Shown: positions 49,101 through 64,000 of the stretch, in pieces
Numbering within the stretch: position 1 is the first letter of the stretch
How the letters are laid out: each line of letters opens with the position of its first letter
Source: Takakia lepidozioides
Lineage: Eukaryota > Plantae > Bryophyta
Assembly: GCA_030704615.1 (NCBI GenBank)
Contig: CM060733.1
Location: 35,898,001 to 35,962,000, forward strand
Reading direction: 5' to 3'
Length of the DNA: 64,000 nt
The notes under the pieces: generated by a model
What the model was told of the DNA's origin: nothing
Seen by the model: only the letters and a program-made list of their open reading frames with translations
Database searches by the model: none
Made by a program: the position numbers and the translations under genes

Positions 49101-52100
49101 AAGGTCATCCTGATAGTGCCAATTGGAAAGCAATACCCCCCTGAGGTTTTATGGGTAAATGGACTTGTTTCTGGATCACCCGATTAAGATTTATGCATTC
49201 CCACATTTTCACCTGATAACTAGGTTTCATGATCAATTTATTGAAGAGAGTTCTCATTCATCTCTACCAATATCTTGCTGTCGCCTGCTGCCCTTATGCT
49301 TCTGTAACTGTTCTGTACGGTTGGTAGACCCATGGCTCCACATATTTGATGGCTAGCATGTAAAATGTCTAGTCTGCTTCTTTAATCAGAGACAGGATAC
49401 TAACCCAGAGCAAGTAAGAGGCTCACGACTGTTGTCTTCACAATGTCCAAATACTGCTCATAGTAGATGTAAAACACTGAATATGCAAACACCGGGATCT
49501 GAGACAAAGAAATACACAACAAGGTCTTCATAACTACTCATGCGGCCCAATAAAGAAGTGAACACTCTAGCCCTGAGGTTGAAATTATGTACAAGTACAA
49601 GGGACACTAACTGACTCCTTGGAAAAAGAAAGAGGAAAAAGAAAGAGGTATTAAGTCAAACACCAGACAATAGCTTGCCAGAGAAAACGCCCAGAAAGTT
49701 GGAAAGTCTCTTGTCCCTCCTCCAACTCACCTACATAAAGCTTATTCAAATAAAGTTTGCGGCACGTACAAAGACCAGAACCACACATAGCTGGAGAACT
49801 TACATTCAAAGATTGAGAGACACGAGAAGTGAAGTCCTTGGCAGCACGAAGAGCATCAACGTAATCACTCTGCAAACATGTGGATCAAATAAGGATGTGT
49901 TCATGTATAAACCGCAAGTGTCCGAGAGAGAGAAAAAGAAATAAATGTACTCATTGCTGTAGCCTTGTGGCCGTAGACCCCACGCCCAGTTTGGAACGAA
50001 AGTGAACAGAAAACAAGGAATAATAAAAAATTACCAGGAGCCAAAGGGCCTATGGGACCACAAAGTTCACAAGGGGGAATCTCTTTTATGTAAGATTGGT
50101 TTGCATTATAGAGAGTGTTGAGGATGTCTGGAAACATGACCTGGGACAATATCAGAGTGTTCAAACTAGCATATCTGATATTCCAGGTGCTGTATACAAC
50201 TGTAGAGCAAGCAGACTACATTTCCACCTGCATGATTGAACTAATGATTGCTGCACGAATAGCATGATCTTAAAGCAACATCTCCTGCGCTAAGGCTTGC
50301 ACTTGATGAGGATTACATTAGGGGTCAAGTTCACAAGTCTCTCCTGGTTAGGCGATGCTTGTTGTGCTTCTCTGACAGCTCACCCTCTTCTCCAGAAGAG
50401 GAAAAAAAAGATGGATCACATGCAAAGCAGGCTCCAAGGACTATGGACCAATGGAAAGTTCCTAGTAAGCTTTCCAAAGATTCTGCCAATGAGAGTATTT
50501 GTGGGATCGAGCAGTTTCTTATGCTTGGCTCTAGAGTTGTGTGGAGAGATCGTGCTGTCCATCAAGTTTGTTTTCTTTGAAGGTGGCATGCATACAACCT
50601 GCACAACAGCTAGCCCTCACTTCCAGTCCACTTCTGCAACTGCACAAGGATGAAGACCTCTACATCTTGCTGCCAGTTTCAGCTGTGCTGGTATGGAGGA
50701 GCTGGAGAGCTCTGTATCCAGAGATTGAGCCCATTCCTTGTGTCCAAACAGCAATGAACTGCTAAAAGTCAATAACAACATACACATCATATACCTACAT
50801 AAAATCTAAGGAGAGCAGCACTGGTACTACACAACTTTGCCTGAATATTACTTGTTTGTTCAGAGGAGTATGATATGAACGAAACTCTGATGCCTTGATA
50901 ATCCCGTGCTCGTATCCTGCATCAAGAGCGATAATCTGGTATACATTTTCTTAACGACAAGTGCAGCACAAACACAAACACTCGAGGAGAATATTGTCCT
51001 TCAATGATTACTCCAAGCTTAACAAACGATGGGAATACGTTTGAAGTCACCAGCGAAGTCATTAGGTTACTTTGAAACTTGGATAAACATGAATCTCGTA
51101 TTTGAACCAAAACACAAGTGAAACTCGGATGAGGAACTCAGCATTTGGCAGAACACAACAATCATAGTGACAACCAATCTGATGATGTGGTCAACAGAAT
51201 CAGTCCAATTAGATATGCAGAAAAGATCCAGATCAACTAGCCTTACGCCATGATAGCACAGACAAACATATAAAATCAGCTGTGCAGAGTGCAAAGACTG
51301 AGTGTGTTCTGATGATCCTTTTCACATCCAAAACAATCTTCTGAACAATCCATACACCCACAGGAATGTACTTCAAAGAGTTCCATGTAAGAGGTGTGAG
51401 TGGGTACCATCGAGATCAAGACTGGTAGTGTAGGCACCGTGACCACCCTTAGCACAGTCAGCAGACGGAAGAGCCTTCAGAAACCATGGCAACTTCTCTT
51501 GAAACTGTTTTGTTGACGGACGGCCCTCAAGTAGATCTGATTGTAAGAAACACTGCGAGAATTTCGAGAATACAGTAATTCTAGCTGTATCAGCAACCAC
51601 TCACCTTGCGATAGATCAACAGCTCCAGAACCTAAACCACTAATTGATAATCTTGCAACAATTTCTAGGCTCCTCTATTATTTTTGACCAACCAGCATGC
51701 TATCTCCATTTCTCTTTTTCTAGTGCCCCATGTGACACAGAAAACAGACCCCTGGAAGGGGACCCAAGAGCGCTGAAGGGCTTCTGGTCACAAGCCCTTG
51801 GATGAGAGGAGGGTGAGGCAGGGAGTTGGTGCTAAGCAGAACAGTATGATATTGGTGTTTCCATTAAGGATTCCCAAACAGTCTCAAGGAAAAAATTGAT
51901 GAAGGTACCGTGGTGCAATCGCTGCAGGTATCACTTATGCCACAATAGTCTTCCTCCTCAGGGCAGCAGGGGGGCTGCATACATGCCCATCACACAACAC
52001 AATTAGTATCTTCACATGCAAACAAGGTGGTCACTTAGTTCCCCATTATTCTCTCCCTCTCTCTACCACGTGCATCTTTTTGCACTCAAAGCTCTATACT

Positions 52101-55100
52101 CACTCCCTACTACCATCTATCTCCTGGCATCAATCTGCAGAGCTCAATGTGAGCACTTCCATCAATTAGTTCTGATGCAACTGACGCATACATACCTGAT
52201 CATCTGGAGGGCAGTAAGTGCTGTCTGGAAATTTTCGGCAACATCCAAATGCATTGGGAGAGAGCCAAACAAGAAAATCATCCAGCCAGGATGCAGCTGG
52301 CCTTGCAATAAAGCTTGTGTCTGGTGTCGTTGCTGCCCTTGACACCTTCAGCATTTCCCACCGGTTTGAGGGGGGAAGAAAGGCAGAGATATGTGTGTAA
52401 GTTCATAGAAGAAGTGAATTGTTCTGACCAACCACTATAAATTCTTGGAAACAACTCGCCTAAGATGGTCATGAGAAAATGCAAAATATATTTTTTTATT
52501 TTTTATTCCTGTGGACGTTTCTTGAAATCAGAAGGTGCCCGCGCAAAGAGCAAGGCTCCGCTGGCATAGCAAGTAGAGGCCGAAGGGCTCCGACTTAAAA
52601 TCGAGCAGTGAAAAAGCAACTGAAACACTTGATTTCCTGTCAGTTTAACAGAAAACAGCTCAATCTCAGTCAAAAAGCCTACCTCATTGAGGAGAGATCC
52701 GGGGTTGCACTGGCTGATGGAGCACAAGAGGTTGGTTTGATTGCTGCCAATGCTGCATTTACAATTGCCAGATGCGATGACGACACTCAGCATTCGCCAA
52801 TCATGAAGAACAACTGGAGAAAAATTTTGTGCACTAAGAAACATGGAGCCGGTTGAGGCTCTATTTCTTGTGGGGCATCAACCATGTAGACTACTCTACA
52901 TATATCTAGAGAGAAGAACACGAAGCCTAAATTTATTACATAAAAGGGTGCAGAGAGACATAATTCAATTGAAAATCACCCTACAGCTTGTCAGATAGCA
53001 ACAATCTTGTTACAGGGAATGATTATGTAATGGCAGGCACCGCCATCACACTAGAAAGTGCGATGCTGATTCCAAAGCTACTCCATTAGGCCACTACCAT
53101 GTTCATGTGTGACAGATGTGCCTGCAATTGCACTCCCAGTCCCACTACAGTAAGAAAAGCCATACACAAACAGACCTGTAGTTGTAGTCCTTAACCACAA
53201 AGTACAAAGGGGGTCCCACGCGAAGATACTCAGTTATATTGGAGAAATAACCCTGCAATAGCCCACACACACATATCCCAATCCCCAAGGTCCCCATGAC
53301 CCCTCTCAGAATGTACAATCTCTCTTGGTCACGGTACAGAGCAGCTCAATTGTTATCCTCAGGTAACATCAAAGATGAGTGTACAGAGGGACATCTTACC
53401 TAAACACACGTGCTATGGTTTTCTTGTCCAAATACATATGTACAACTCTATACATGTGTAATATGCGTCCATCAACATCCCTGCATTCCCATCCATTAAT
53501 GCAACTGAACATGCACATGACCCCAGAGATCAACTTGTCCGTGCTATCTTTACCTGGTTCTCACCCATCACAATACAAACAAACACACCTGGAGATAAGA
53601 GTCGCGGGGCAAAACAATCTGCTGCTCCAAGCCAGGTGACAGTTTTGGTAACAATGTCTGCAAGCCACATGCCAACTCTCAAATCACAGAAGTCCCTCAC
53701 CAATGCAAGAGGTGCTTCATAGATTTACTGAGAGTTTATTTTGAACAAACTCTCAATGCGTGATAGAGAACAAATCCTTCTATTGGTACCACTCATTCCT
53801 CTACTCCCGGTCTACATCTCCTGAGCAGGTGTGAGAACAGTATTGCACAACCATGGCTACAATTGTACATCAAGGGAAAAGACGACTCACAATGCTAGTC
53901 AGCAGCAAGGCTGTGAAGACTGCAAGCACCAAAGCTTTCACTGCAGGATTGGCAAGAAATGGTGCATGATATTTCTGCACAGCCACCATCGGACAACACA
54001 CTGTTCATAAAGCCGAGAGTCCTGGAGAACCATGTCAGCCAAAGCTACCCTTTCCCTTTCGTGTACCTCTCCATCACTACTGTGTCACACTCTAACTAGG
54101 ACAATGCTAGGAAGAATACCACATGAATAAGTACCACATGCTCCCACAAAATGGAGGTACCATATGCATATTTTGCAAGTGTGTTTGCAAATTACGTCAT
54201 CTGCTAAGAACAAGCAGTGATCGATTTTCCAGTTACAAACCTGCATGTAACGCACAAGCAAACCAGGTTCACGATGTCGCCTGTCTAACGAACCTGGAAA
54301 CATCAACCCTCTTCAGTCAGATGAGTCAGTTATTGCAAAACACTACCCCTACTGAAAAAGAAAACAAGAGAAGATTCTCAAATCTTACAAGATGATGTTT
54401 GATCCTTATGAACCACGTATCATACCGAGAGAAGAGTCATCATCAACTGCAGAATTCCCAACTCTGATGCAAGGGAAGCAATCCACGCGGTTGCTTTCAG
54501 TTCTCTTGAAGTCAAGGGTGAGAAGTGCGACAAAAGCTGTAATTTGCAAAAGGAAATCCAGCAAAACTGCCACCGCTGAATTCACACCAGCTTGGACAAT
54601 GTTAGCTTATCAACAGCATTTGCTATGCCAAAACTGTGTACAACCACTCACCATCATTTACAATTTGCTACAAAGAGAAAAGTGGTGTAAAAAGAAATGG
54701 AAAGAAGCAAAAGACAGTTCAAGAATTTTTTCATGTCCACAGGATTGTGGACTACAAGAAGATGAGTCCAATTTGCCCTAGTAAGCCACCAATCCAAAGA
54801 AATAAATACAATTTGTAATACCTGCAAACATGGAGAAGACCCGACATGCTGGCATGGGTGTGAAAGTTCCAAGGGCAAAAGCCAAAACCTCTGCCAGGCT
54901 GGCAAGAGTGATGGAAGGACCCACTTCTGCCAATGCATACCCAACACGTATCTCTAAGGGCAAACAGGGGTCTTGCCGTTTGAGAGCATTCACCAAAATG
55001 CACATATTGTCGACCCCGACCTGTAACAAGAGTGATGAAAGTCAGTGTTCCTGATCAAAAAGAGGAACCTTTTCATTTTAACATACTCAGGTTACAATTT

Positions 55101-58100
55101 GCAGGAGACATATGACAAACGATCTCAAATAAAACATCTACATTTATGCCACAAAATCAAGAAGTGCCCATCCTCTTCTTCGGGTGTACAATCGGTTCCA
55201 TGAAATGTGGAGTTGGAAGAGAGATGTGATAATGCAATCTCTGCAAGTGCTTGGGAATGATCTTGCAGGCCCCTGGATCTTCCAGAAAGTCTGCAGGGGC
55301 TGGTGGAAAACAATTTCAAGATGCCTCAACTACAAGAATAAAAACCTTTTGTAGCTTTTGACGACGATGCCCGAGCATATGTGGTTTTGGGGAAGAAGAG
55401 CTCTCATCAATGAGGGTTCTGTGGATTTGAGGATTGCAGGTGACGGCTCACATTTCTTTGAAGGGTTGTTGAAATTGGCCAGGAGAAATATCTTACTGCT
55501 GTGCAAAGTTTTCCCCTGGAGGGCAATTGACTGGGAACAGCCCTGTCCCTTGTCTACATAAAACCACGCAATATTCCTCCAGAACGGCTAGTGGTACTGT
55601 CAAATTGCTATTCGACTGATATTTAGAACCACCTCAAATCTCATGATCACAGGAACATTGAAAGTAGGAGAGGCTCATGGGGTGCCATACCGCAAGTACA
55701 AGAAATGGAATAACTTCAACAATGATCAATGTGGACTTCACTCCAAAAGTGCTGAAGATACCCATGGACCCAAGCACTGACAGTGCCACAATGAGCACCC
55801 CTGACAATCCAAGCAACACCTGCAGATGAGAAAGCCCATCAACTTATTTGGGGAGGCACAGAGAAAGAAACTATAAAACATCCACAGCAGGGCCCAAGGG
55901 CCCGTTGAGTGAAACAGAACAGAGAAACATAAGATCACAGGGACAAAAGGGCACAAGGGAAACTCACTGACAGAACTAACAAAACGAAACACAGACAAAG
56001 AGGCCTGCTAGGTCTGCCACATTGTCATCCTTTACTAACCTTGGAAGTCACATAGAAAGGTGCCACTGTTGGTGAGTAGTCACCCAATGTTATGGCAATG
56101 TATATAAACATCACAAGATAGCTGATCTGTCACCTCAGAAACACGACACAGACTAGGCAATTTGTTAGTGGGACTAATCATAAAGTGAGAAAATTCATGT
56201 AGCATGTCAAAGCACAACTTCATAGCTTCTCAGTAGGCACCATGACTGCTTAGTCTCTTCACAGAGAATGGGATTGAGTGGAAGCTGTCTAACATACACA
56301 CAAGAAGATGCTAGCAGGCAGTAAGACAGTATGCCCCAACCATGAGCCCAAAAATGAAATCTGTCTGGTGTGTGAGTCCAAGAACCAATGCCACGATTGT
56401 AATTTGGTGCTGTGTAGGGGATATTGAAGTAATCTACACCAAGACCTTCGCTAATGACAACCAGACCAAACCTACCGCAATAGTTGATATATCCGCCGTG
56501 CTCTCTCGTACAAGTTCAGCCTCGATAGAACTTTCAGAGGAGTACGCAAGTGTTAGGTTGTGGGCCTCTGCCATTCCCACAAGCTCTTCCTGCCGTGGCC
56601 CAGCAAGCACAAAGATTTGTGAAAAAATTCGACACCTTACATTTCCCCCATATTTCCTATCTTTGGGTGCACATTTATGTCAGTCAGGACTAACACAAAG
56701 GCATGGCAATTCCTATTTTTGATGCATACAGTTTGTACAAGAAATACCCATGCAAAAGCCCTGGATTGACCTTCAACAAAATTGAAAACAGGAGTTCCCA
56801 ATGTCGGAAAAAGGATGTAGAGTCAATACCTTCACAAGGCGAATGAACGCCTGTTCCCAGGCTATAGCTGCAGCATTGCCAGTCCCAGACTCATCAACCG
56901 AATTGACAACTGGATAGGTCACAACAAATGCAGTTGCCTGTTTTGAGGACACGCACAGAAATCACAAGTTACTTGGGTGGCCAGCTCAGCTTATGGAAAG
57001 TGTAATCCTTGGCAACATTCATTGTGAACTAACTCACATAGTGTCCTTTCCTTGTTGGTCATGGGTTTGGATACATGAGTACACGTGGCAACTAATAACT
57101 GAATATGATGCAAATAAGATTACAGATCATGATTCTGCAGGAGGAGTCTCAACTCAACAATTGAACTTAATTAAAGACATGGTACATTTGAGTATATTTG
57201 CAATGCATGCAATACACAAGAAAGGTCAACATCCTGTCTGTTCATGAATAGGTGTTCCCATGCTTCATGCATTCCAGGGGAAATGAACTAGATCTTCTTT
57301 ATCCTCACCTTCCAGTCATAGTTTTGGCCAGAAATATTTAAAGCAAGAGGGAGAGTTCAAACCTGAGAATAGTTACTTCCAGAGAAGCCTCCAAGGACAG
57401 TGGTAGGGTCTACAGGGCCCTCAAAGGCACTGAGGCAGGGCTCTGATGATGAGTAGTGCTGCCACAATACAATTGTCCACACAGGTACACAGAGTCTTTA
57501 GTTCCTTCCAGACATAATCAATGTCATTCTCCCCCCAAAAGTTTGTTGATGCTTTTGCAGTCTAAACATCATCATCTAAAGTAGGAAAGCCTGTTAACTT
57601 GTCTAGGCACTTAGGCAAACTATAGAGTAGTCACAGCAATGCACAAAATGTCCACCTCAAGAAGCCGTTCTTGTGGAGTGACACCATACCTCAAAGCAAA
57701 ACTCTGCATGTGAGGCACCTTCATACTCTTCAAAGAGTTCTGGATCCATTTTGAAGTACTGCATATCCAAGAATCACACTTTTAACTTCCAATGACGGTG
57801 AAACAGTAGACACAAATGGAGAACAGCAAACACGCAGGGATAGAGCAAAGGAGGAGAAATTTCCAGATTTGAGAGAGGGAGCCACACCTGCAAAACACTT
57901 TGGGTTGCACAAGGTGTACCCAGTGGCTTCATACAAATATCCTGAAGTGAGATCAAAGTGCCAGAGGCATTTCCTCTCAGTTCATCAACCTGCAAATATG
58001 GAGAAAAAGGTCCATCCACCCCACTCATCAATACTTCTTATTGATCCTCGCTGCCCCCATCACACACCTTCATACTCTTCAAAGAGTTCTTTAGTGTAAT

Positions 58101-61100
58101 GGATTTAAACTGGATATATATCTGGCACCAGGAAAGTGCTATAGGGGTCTGGAACAAGGGAGAGTTGCTCAAAGCCTCTGTTTCAACACAAGAGCCAGTA
58201 AATTCTCTGCCCTCTCCCTTCTACTGCCAAACAGATGTCCCAGGTGCATCCTTAGATTTCAATTCTGTGGCACAGACAACTAATAGGTATAGTGTTCCTC
58301 CAGTACTTCCAGTCCAAAAAACCAATCCAAAATGTGTGAAACAAGCTAACTAGCTACTCACAGGCAGTAAGTAAAAGCCTGAGACCTAGAAGTCGGCAAA
58401 GCTCAAGTTTATAAAGGAGAAGCCATTGTCCACACCTTCCTTTGAATGTCGAACATGAGAAGCAGGTTCTTGTCGGTGACAATACGAGGAGCAACTGTTG
58501 TGCCTTCTGCAGGGACTGTTGCCAATAAAAGCTGCACTTCACAGTCACATAATTCATTAGAGCGACAAAACTTAGTTTCAAATAGGGCAATCTAGCCTAC
58601 ATTGTGCGCAGAAGTGAATTGCATAAAGGTGTATAACCTACTTATGTACATAATGACACATGCTATGTATACATCAAGGGCATGTCTTTCATACATGTAT
58701 CACATGAAGGCATTGACGTCAATGCATCTAGTACATTAAACAGGAGACACAAACACCTACAAACTTAGCTGCACACGTATGCCACGTTGTACATACATTA
58801 ACTTGCATGCATCCACCAATGCACACATCATAAAAGACCTACTTGCTACACACACACCCTTCCATCCCTAGATAAACATGCCCCTATCTCACACTCTTGA
58901 CAACTTCCATCAATGTGTACCTGCTCAATTCTGTAGAAGGGTGCCAAATGGGTGTCAAAAAACTCCTTCTCTTCTGCTGTCTTACTTCCAGGGCTTACCC
59001 AAAGCTGTGAAAAGGAATTCCCTCAATTGATCAGAAAAAATGCAAGAGGAAGACCAGAGGGGAGCATGCTCATTTTCCTCTGGCCGCTAATAGAAATGTA
59101 GACTCTGCTGTGGAGCCTGGGAGTATTAACAGGCAATCAACTGTGCATCTGCTGAGTCAGTAGCTAAATACCCTAGGCCTCTGATATGTATCAGATATAG
59201 CCCCTTTCAGTGATTTCTAACAGAAATTTTGTGGCTACAAATGCATCACTGGTCAGGACTGATCCAACCTTATCAGGTCTAGTCTCCACAGTGAGATGAA
59301 GCAAGCCCAAGCAGAGCAGTAACGTAATCACAACGGCAACTGAGAGCACCACATATGCATGTTGAGCTATCCATTTTCCCTGCAATCTGCCCCAAACCCA
59401 CCCCCCCAACGAAACTTCATGGATCTTGGGTATACCTACAGTTGAGCCAGATCCAGAATTCAAACCACCCTGCCGAAAAGAAAAAATGTGGACGCGTTGC
59501 TGAAGCAAGCGTAAATTATGGTGTCACTTGACCCCGAAGAGCTACCACCCTGCCATAATTAAAGCCATGCACAATTGAGGTCAAATCTATTAAGGTGGGA
59601 TTTTGGTTCTAAGTTTAATGGTGTAAAACAATATACTCTCTTCTGTGCTTGCTCAGCATCTTATACAATCTGGTTGCAGTCAATGATGTAGCCCTATTCT
59701 CTTCGGTGTCCTCCAAAGATAAAGACACATCAAGCCAAGACTCTTGAGGCTTCATCCTCACTAACAATCTATATACGTAGAAGAATATTCCCCAATGTTG
59801 AAAAGAAGGCACATCCACAAGGGTGCTTTCCACAGAGACAGCCCTACACTGCCTGAGATATACTTGTATCATACACTACAAACTGTCATATCCACCAAAG
59901 ACATGTCCAGTATCAATTTTCTGTTCCTATGTCCAAAGAACAACTACGATCATTTGCCTGATACATATCTACACAAAAACCGCATCCACAGATGGCCCAG
60001 TGGTTAGGGCACAAGGCCCCATTACAAGTGGTTGTGGGTTCAAAGCCACATAGATGTATGTTGGATGTCAACCATAATAGCCAACCCAGCTATAAAAGTG
60101 GGGTACCAGGTCAACCAGTTACTTAATGTGTGGGTACCTGGGGGATTTTGAGTCCTTGGGGGAGGTTTGGCCAACCGCGTTGCCCCAGTTATGGCCGTTA
60201 GAAGGTGTCCACCTTCCCAACGGAAGGCAGTAGCCTTTGGGGTGAAGAGACACCATAATTTACACTCGCTTTGGCAGGCATAAACCTTATTTTTTAACAC
60301 AAGAACCTGAATCACGTGCTGAAAACATTTGGTCTGTCCAAAATCAGCCACAGTGCAGCGCCTCAATCAACATAATAGATCATAAGGCAGGAGAGTGCAC
60401 CTGAACCAATCAGAGAGGAATGCCTGCATGTAGGGGCTGGTTGGCAGTTTGTCTGCAGTCCCATTTTCCTGCATCCGAAAAAACAATTACAACTGCTCAT
60501 TTTATACAAACTTGAGAGGGGTGAAGGAGAAAGTGCGTGAAGTGTGTTGCTGTTGAATCAAAAGCACACAACAGCTAGATATTGTGTAGGCAGACTGACA
60601 TGTTGACACTCAGCTCTCCCAGATTATTTGCTTTGGACATTGTGTTACACAAGACAAAATAATTTGAAATGATTGTCACACCTCAGCAATTTGGATTTCA
60701 GCACTCGTATCAGGGCGCTCTAACTCATGGTCTTCCGGAACATGTAGCAGGGGCTCTTCCAGTGCTTGTTCCTCAGTTTCATCCGGCAAATGGAAAGTCC
60801 ACCACCATCCAAAGATTGCAAAGAGGACGACCACATACAAGATCACCATAGCCATCTGGAGACAACCAATCTGCACACCAACAATGCATCACACCTTGTC
60901 CTGCACACTATTAATGGCACCTGCTAGCATAGATTACTTCCTATTTATCCACCCAAAATAATAGACACACAGCATCTCTGAGATTGAATGCCACCTGCAT
61001 TGTTACTTTCTCTAGCAGATCAGAAGCAAAGCTGGGGTGCACTTCCACCCCTCAAAAACAGGAACTAGGTCAGGGAACCTTATTCATGGGTTTGGTCCAT

Positions 61101-63811
61101 GCTCATTAGCGATGAGTTATACACAGTAGAGGTAAGCAGACTTGGAGATACAGTTGCAAGGTTTACCTTGTACAATTCTAGATAAACAGCTGCATCTGCA
61201 GGAATGAGGACATCACTCCACATGTCTAACTAATCAGGCCAGACAAGCTACTTGTGAAGTGATAAAGACCATCAGCTGAGTATTGACTAAAAACTGATAT
61301 CTCTTGAAATCATCACCTCCTACTACACATAGTGCAATAGGTGAAAACCCCCCTTATGCAGAAGATGCAGATAATCAAATAGGTACATGCATCCATTGAG
61401 TTGCAGGTGGTCAGAAGAGACTCTTGTTGTTTATTCAGGGCTTATTCGTCAAAATAAAGGACTTCAAAAACCAGAGAATGGATTTGTTCTTAAGAGTAAG
61501 TTTGCTGCTTTCTGGAAGATATGCAGCCTGCTTTTGTTTCTTGTATGTAGTTTCAGAAGCTAGATTGACAATCTGACAGAGGGCCCCAAGGGCTCATGGG
61601 ACATGAGAGCACACCTGAAATGGGCCAACTTTAACAGAGCACTCTGGACTTGGAGGGGAAGGAGGAGAGGGATCCAAACAGATTGTGGCCGAGGGGCAGT
61701 CACCACACGAACAAGAGAGAGAGGAGTCGAAGCAAGCCGCCACAGGGGAATCCAGGGGTTCCATAAAAGATCCTTCAGTAACAGATGTCCGAAACTGGAT
61801 GGCAAAAGGGGAGCCTGGCTCATACAATCCTGCCTCTCTGCCCAAGAAAGCAAACCACTCTGCAATCAAAGAAACACATGGACGCATGAGACTGAACCTA
61901 ACACAAATAGCTAAACAAATGTGATTTATCTGGCTGTCCATACTGATACTGATGAAATTCTAGCCAGTGTACTCACAATTGTTAAAAGTGGATAGAGTTT
62001 CCTGGATTAGACCATTGAAAGGTTCTCTATCACATCAACCACACAGCATAACAAGGCCTCTGTTATAAGACCCCAAAAGGGCCTGGGCTTTTGGCTGAGC
62101 CTCGAGATTTTCAAAGTTGGCAAACTGAGGTACAGGAACAATTCCCTTGATGGATTGGAAGAGGGTGTCTCTCTGGTGAGAATACCCAGGACAGTGAATC
62201 AGAAAGTGGATATTGTCTTCAGGCTCCCACACAACGGGCATTTGCAATCCCCCTTTCCTCTCTGTCACTGTTTGCTGTTCAAAGGTAGGCTTCCCGCCCT
62301 GAGTTTAAATAAACTTTAGAGAGTTCACAGGAGGCTCTGATCCTTCGTAAACAATTGAAAGATAGACGGGGAACAGCACACAGAGAGTCGCGTGTCTCTC
62401 TGCTTCCAGTGCTGCATGTATCATACAACAGGAACTTCTAACATTCTAACAGATATGAAACTCACCTGTGTAGTTTTTGGCACCCCCTCCCACAAAGTCC
62501 ATTGCCCGAGTGTTCATGGCTGCAAATTTAACATCCTTGCAAGAATTATAAAACCTTGAACCATACTCCTCTGTCACATAGAAATCAATGCTGCTCACAC
62601 TCTCGCCTGCGGGTTCCTGATGAAATAAGTCATGAACAGGTTCCAGGGTCAGCAGGCAGAAGCCAAATAAATGACCCACTGAGACGAAGAAGGAAGATGT
62701 AGAAAGTCCACCAGAGGGCCACCAGGGTCCATGTGGCAAGGAAAAAACAAAGATTTTGATTAGAGTACATCAAGTGTCAACCAAACACGAGTCCGCCCAA
62801 GGCCCTAGGGACACATGTAGAACAACACTGAACAATGGAAAATGGACAGTAGTACCACTCAACTAGAGAAAGGAGAATACAAAGAGGGAAAATGTGCTTG
62901 TTGTACTTTGCTTCCCCTGCCGACATTTCTGTGGATGCAGAAGAGAGAACACATGGGCAAGGGTACAGAGTATGGCGAACTTACCTTATGGATAGATGCA
63001 ACATCGATAAAAAGGCTTTGGTCAGGAGAGCATGCCAGCTCACAGAAAAGGTTCAGAAAGTTGCGGAGGCACGCTGGACAGCCAGTCAAGAAAGGAACAG
63101 CCTGCCACCAGTTGTCACACCAGATTACATGCAAGCTGACTAATTTCCTGAAAGGAAGCATGGCCTGAAACTTAATTGAGATGAAAAGAAATTGAGATGC
63201 TCTAATGTCACTAACCAAAAATTCAATCTGTAGATTCCCTTTGACCATGGCAAGTGCCAACACAGGTATAAGAAAAACTTGAACTATTTGTAGTCTATAA
63301 CAACTGTACACTCTGCCAAGACCACAAGTTCACTTACACTACAGCTAGGGCAGACTTGGTTCAACATAGAAGCTCAATGTTGCTGGGGATTTCACCAAAG
63401 AATTATGGCTGTTCTAGACTTAATGACTGTCAAAGTAGCCCCCATGACAACCCAATACACCGTTAAGGCACAGCATTTCTTGAATTAGCTTTACAGGTAC
63501 TGTAGGCTATCCATCACAGTAAGCAGTATTTGGAAGGATTGTGGCCAATCTCCAAGATACCAAACTCAGACAAGCACCTTCATGGACAAGGTCTATACAC
63601 CTCCTTGCCCATCACCTCTGCTCTTTTCCCTGACTCCCAAAGTCAAAGAATGATGAAGGTAAGGACTTGAAGTAGGGAAATACAAAAATGAAACAGTAAG
63701 AACCTGCTGGACTTGATTACGTAGAACGTCAAATTGATCAGCAGTGCAGCATACATCCCCAGCAATAGTTGGACAGAGACTCTGAATTTTGTATGACAGT
63801 GTCTCACTTGG
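46113..63811 (-). CDS. NPC1: Niemann-Pick C1-like sterol transporter (many GT-AG exons; 5' exons lie beyond the window)
   Basis: Exons encode [78 protein letters not shown], the sterol-sensing domain [23 protein letters not shown]...[87 protein letters not shown]; stop at 46113-46115. Confidence 0.96.
59982..60300 (+). mobile_element. Possible tRNA-headed SINE in an NPC1 intron
   Basis: A-box-like TGGCCCAGTGG and B-box-like GGTTCAAAGCC at tRNA spacing; no clean cloverleaf; 3' end uncertain. Confidence 0.45.
62065..62310 (-). mobile_element. LINE fragment (same RTE-X-like family) in an NPC1 intron
   Basis: [33 protein letters not shown]; aligns to 14905-15145. Confidence 0.85.
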
Positions 63812-64000
63812 CTGCCAAAAGCATCCCAAACCAAAGAAATTGTTAGATTGCTGAAAATTGTCTTACTGCCAGTTTTAACAGCCTCACTTCATATACACTG
63901 ATGGTGGAGTTGATGTCTTCAGCAAATTGAGTAACAATTAAAAAAAAAACTGTAAGCCTTTGATTTCAGTATTGTCCCAAAGTCACCAACTATAGTGTAA

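Noticed and set aside
398-63811. Two lipid-transfer genes (PITP and NPC1) in one window as a functional cluster
   Set aside because: They are 40 kb apart and separated by TEs, with no evidence of co-regulation; likely coincidence.

Overview
Eukaryotic DNA, most likely from a non-seed land plant (inferred from gene sequences and transposon types, not a database match). Two intact multi-exon host genes flank about 39 kb of nested transposable elements (TEs). The genes are a START-fold phosphatidylinositol transfer protein (398-6133, minus; 10 exons including an 8-nt micro-exon) and Niemann-Pick C1 (46113 to beyond 64000, minus). The TE block starts with a DUF2921-like pseudogene cut by a Ty1/copia element. 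The copia RT is interrupted by a CACTA element with a TnpA-like gene, followed by an array of an unclassified ~2.4 kb hairpin-rich repeat. A second CACTA element has, inside the apparent first intron of its TnpD transposase gene, an extra proline-rich + SET-domain (lysine-methyltransferase-like) ORF; this is the most interesting feature. That CACTA was invaded by a chromodomain Ty3/gypsy element and then rearranged: its right end, the TnpD 3' part and one LTR are inverted (34288-~36116), with one breakpoint exactly at the CACTA terminus. From 38 to 45 kb there are tRNA-derived SINEs, hAT and Harbinger MITEs, and three different TTAA-flanked piggyBac-like MITEs. All calls are by eye from sequence and motif recognition; no searches were run.
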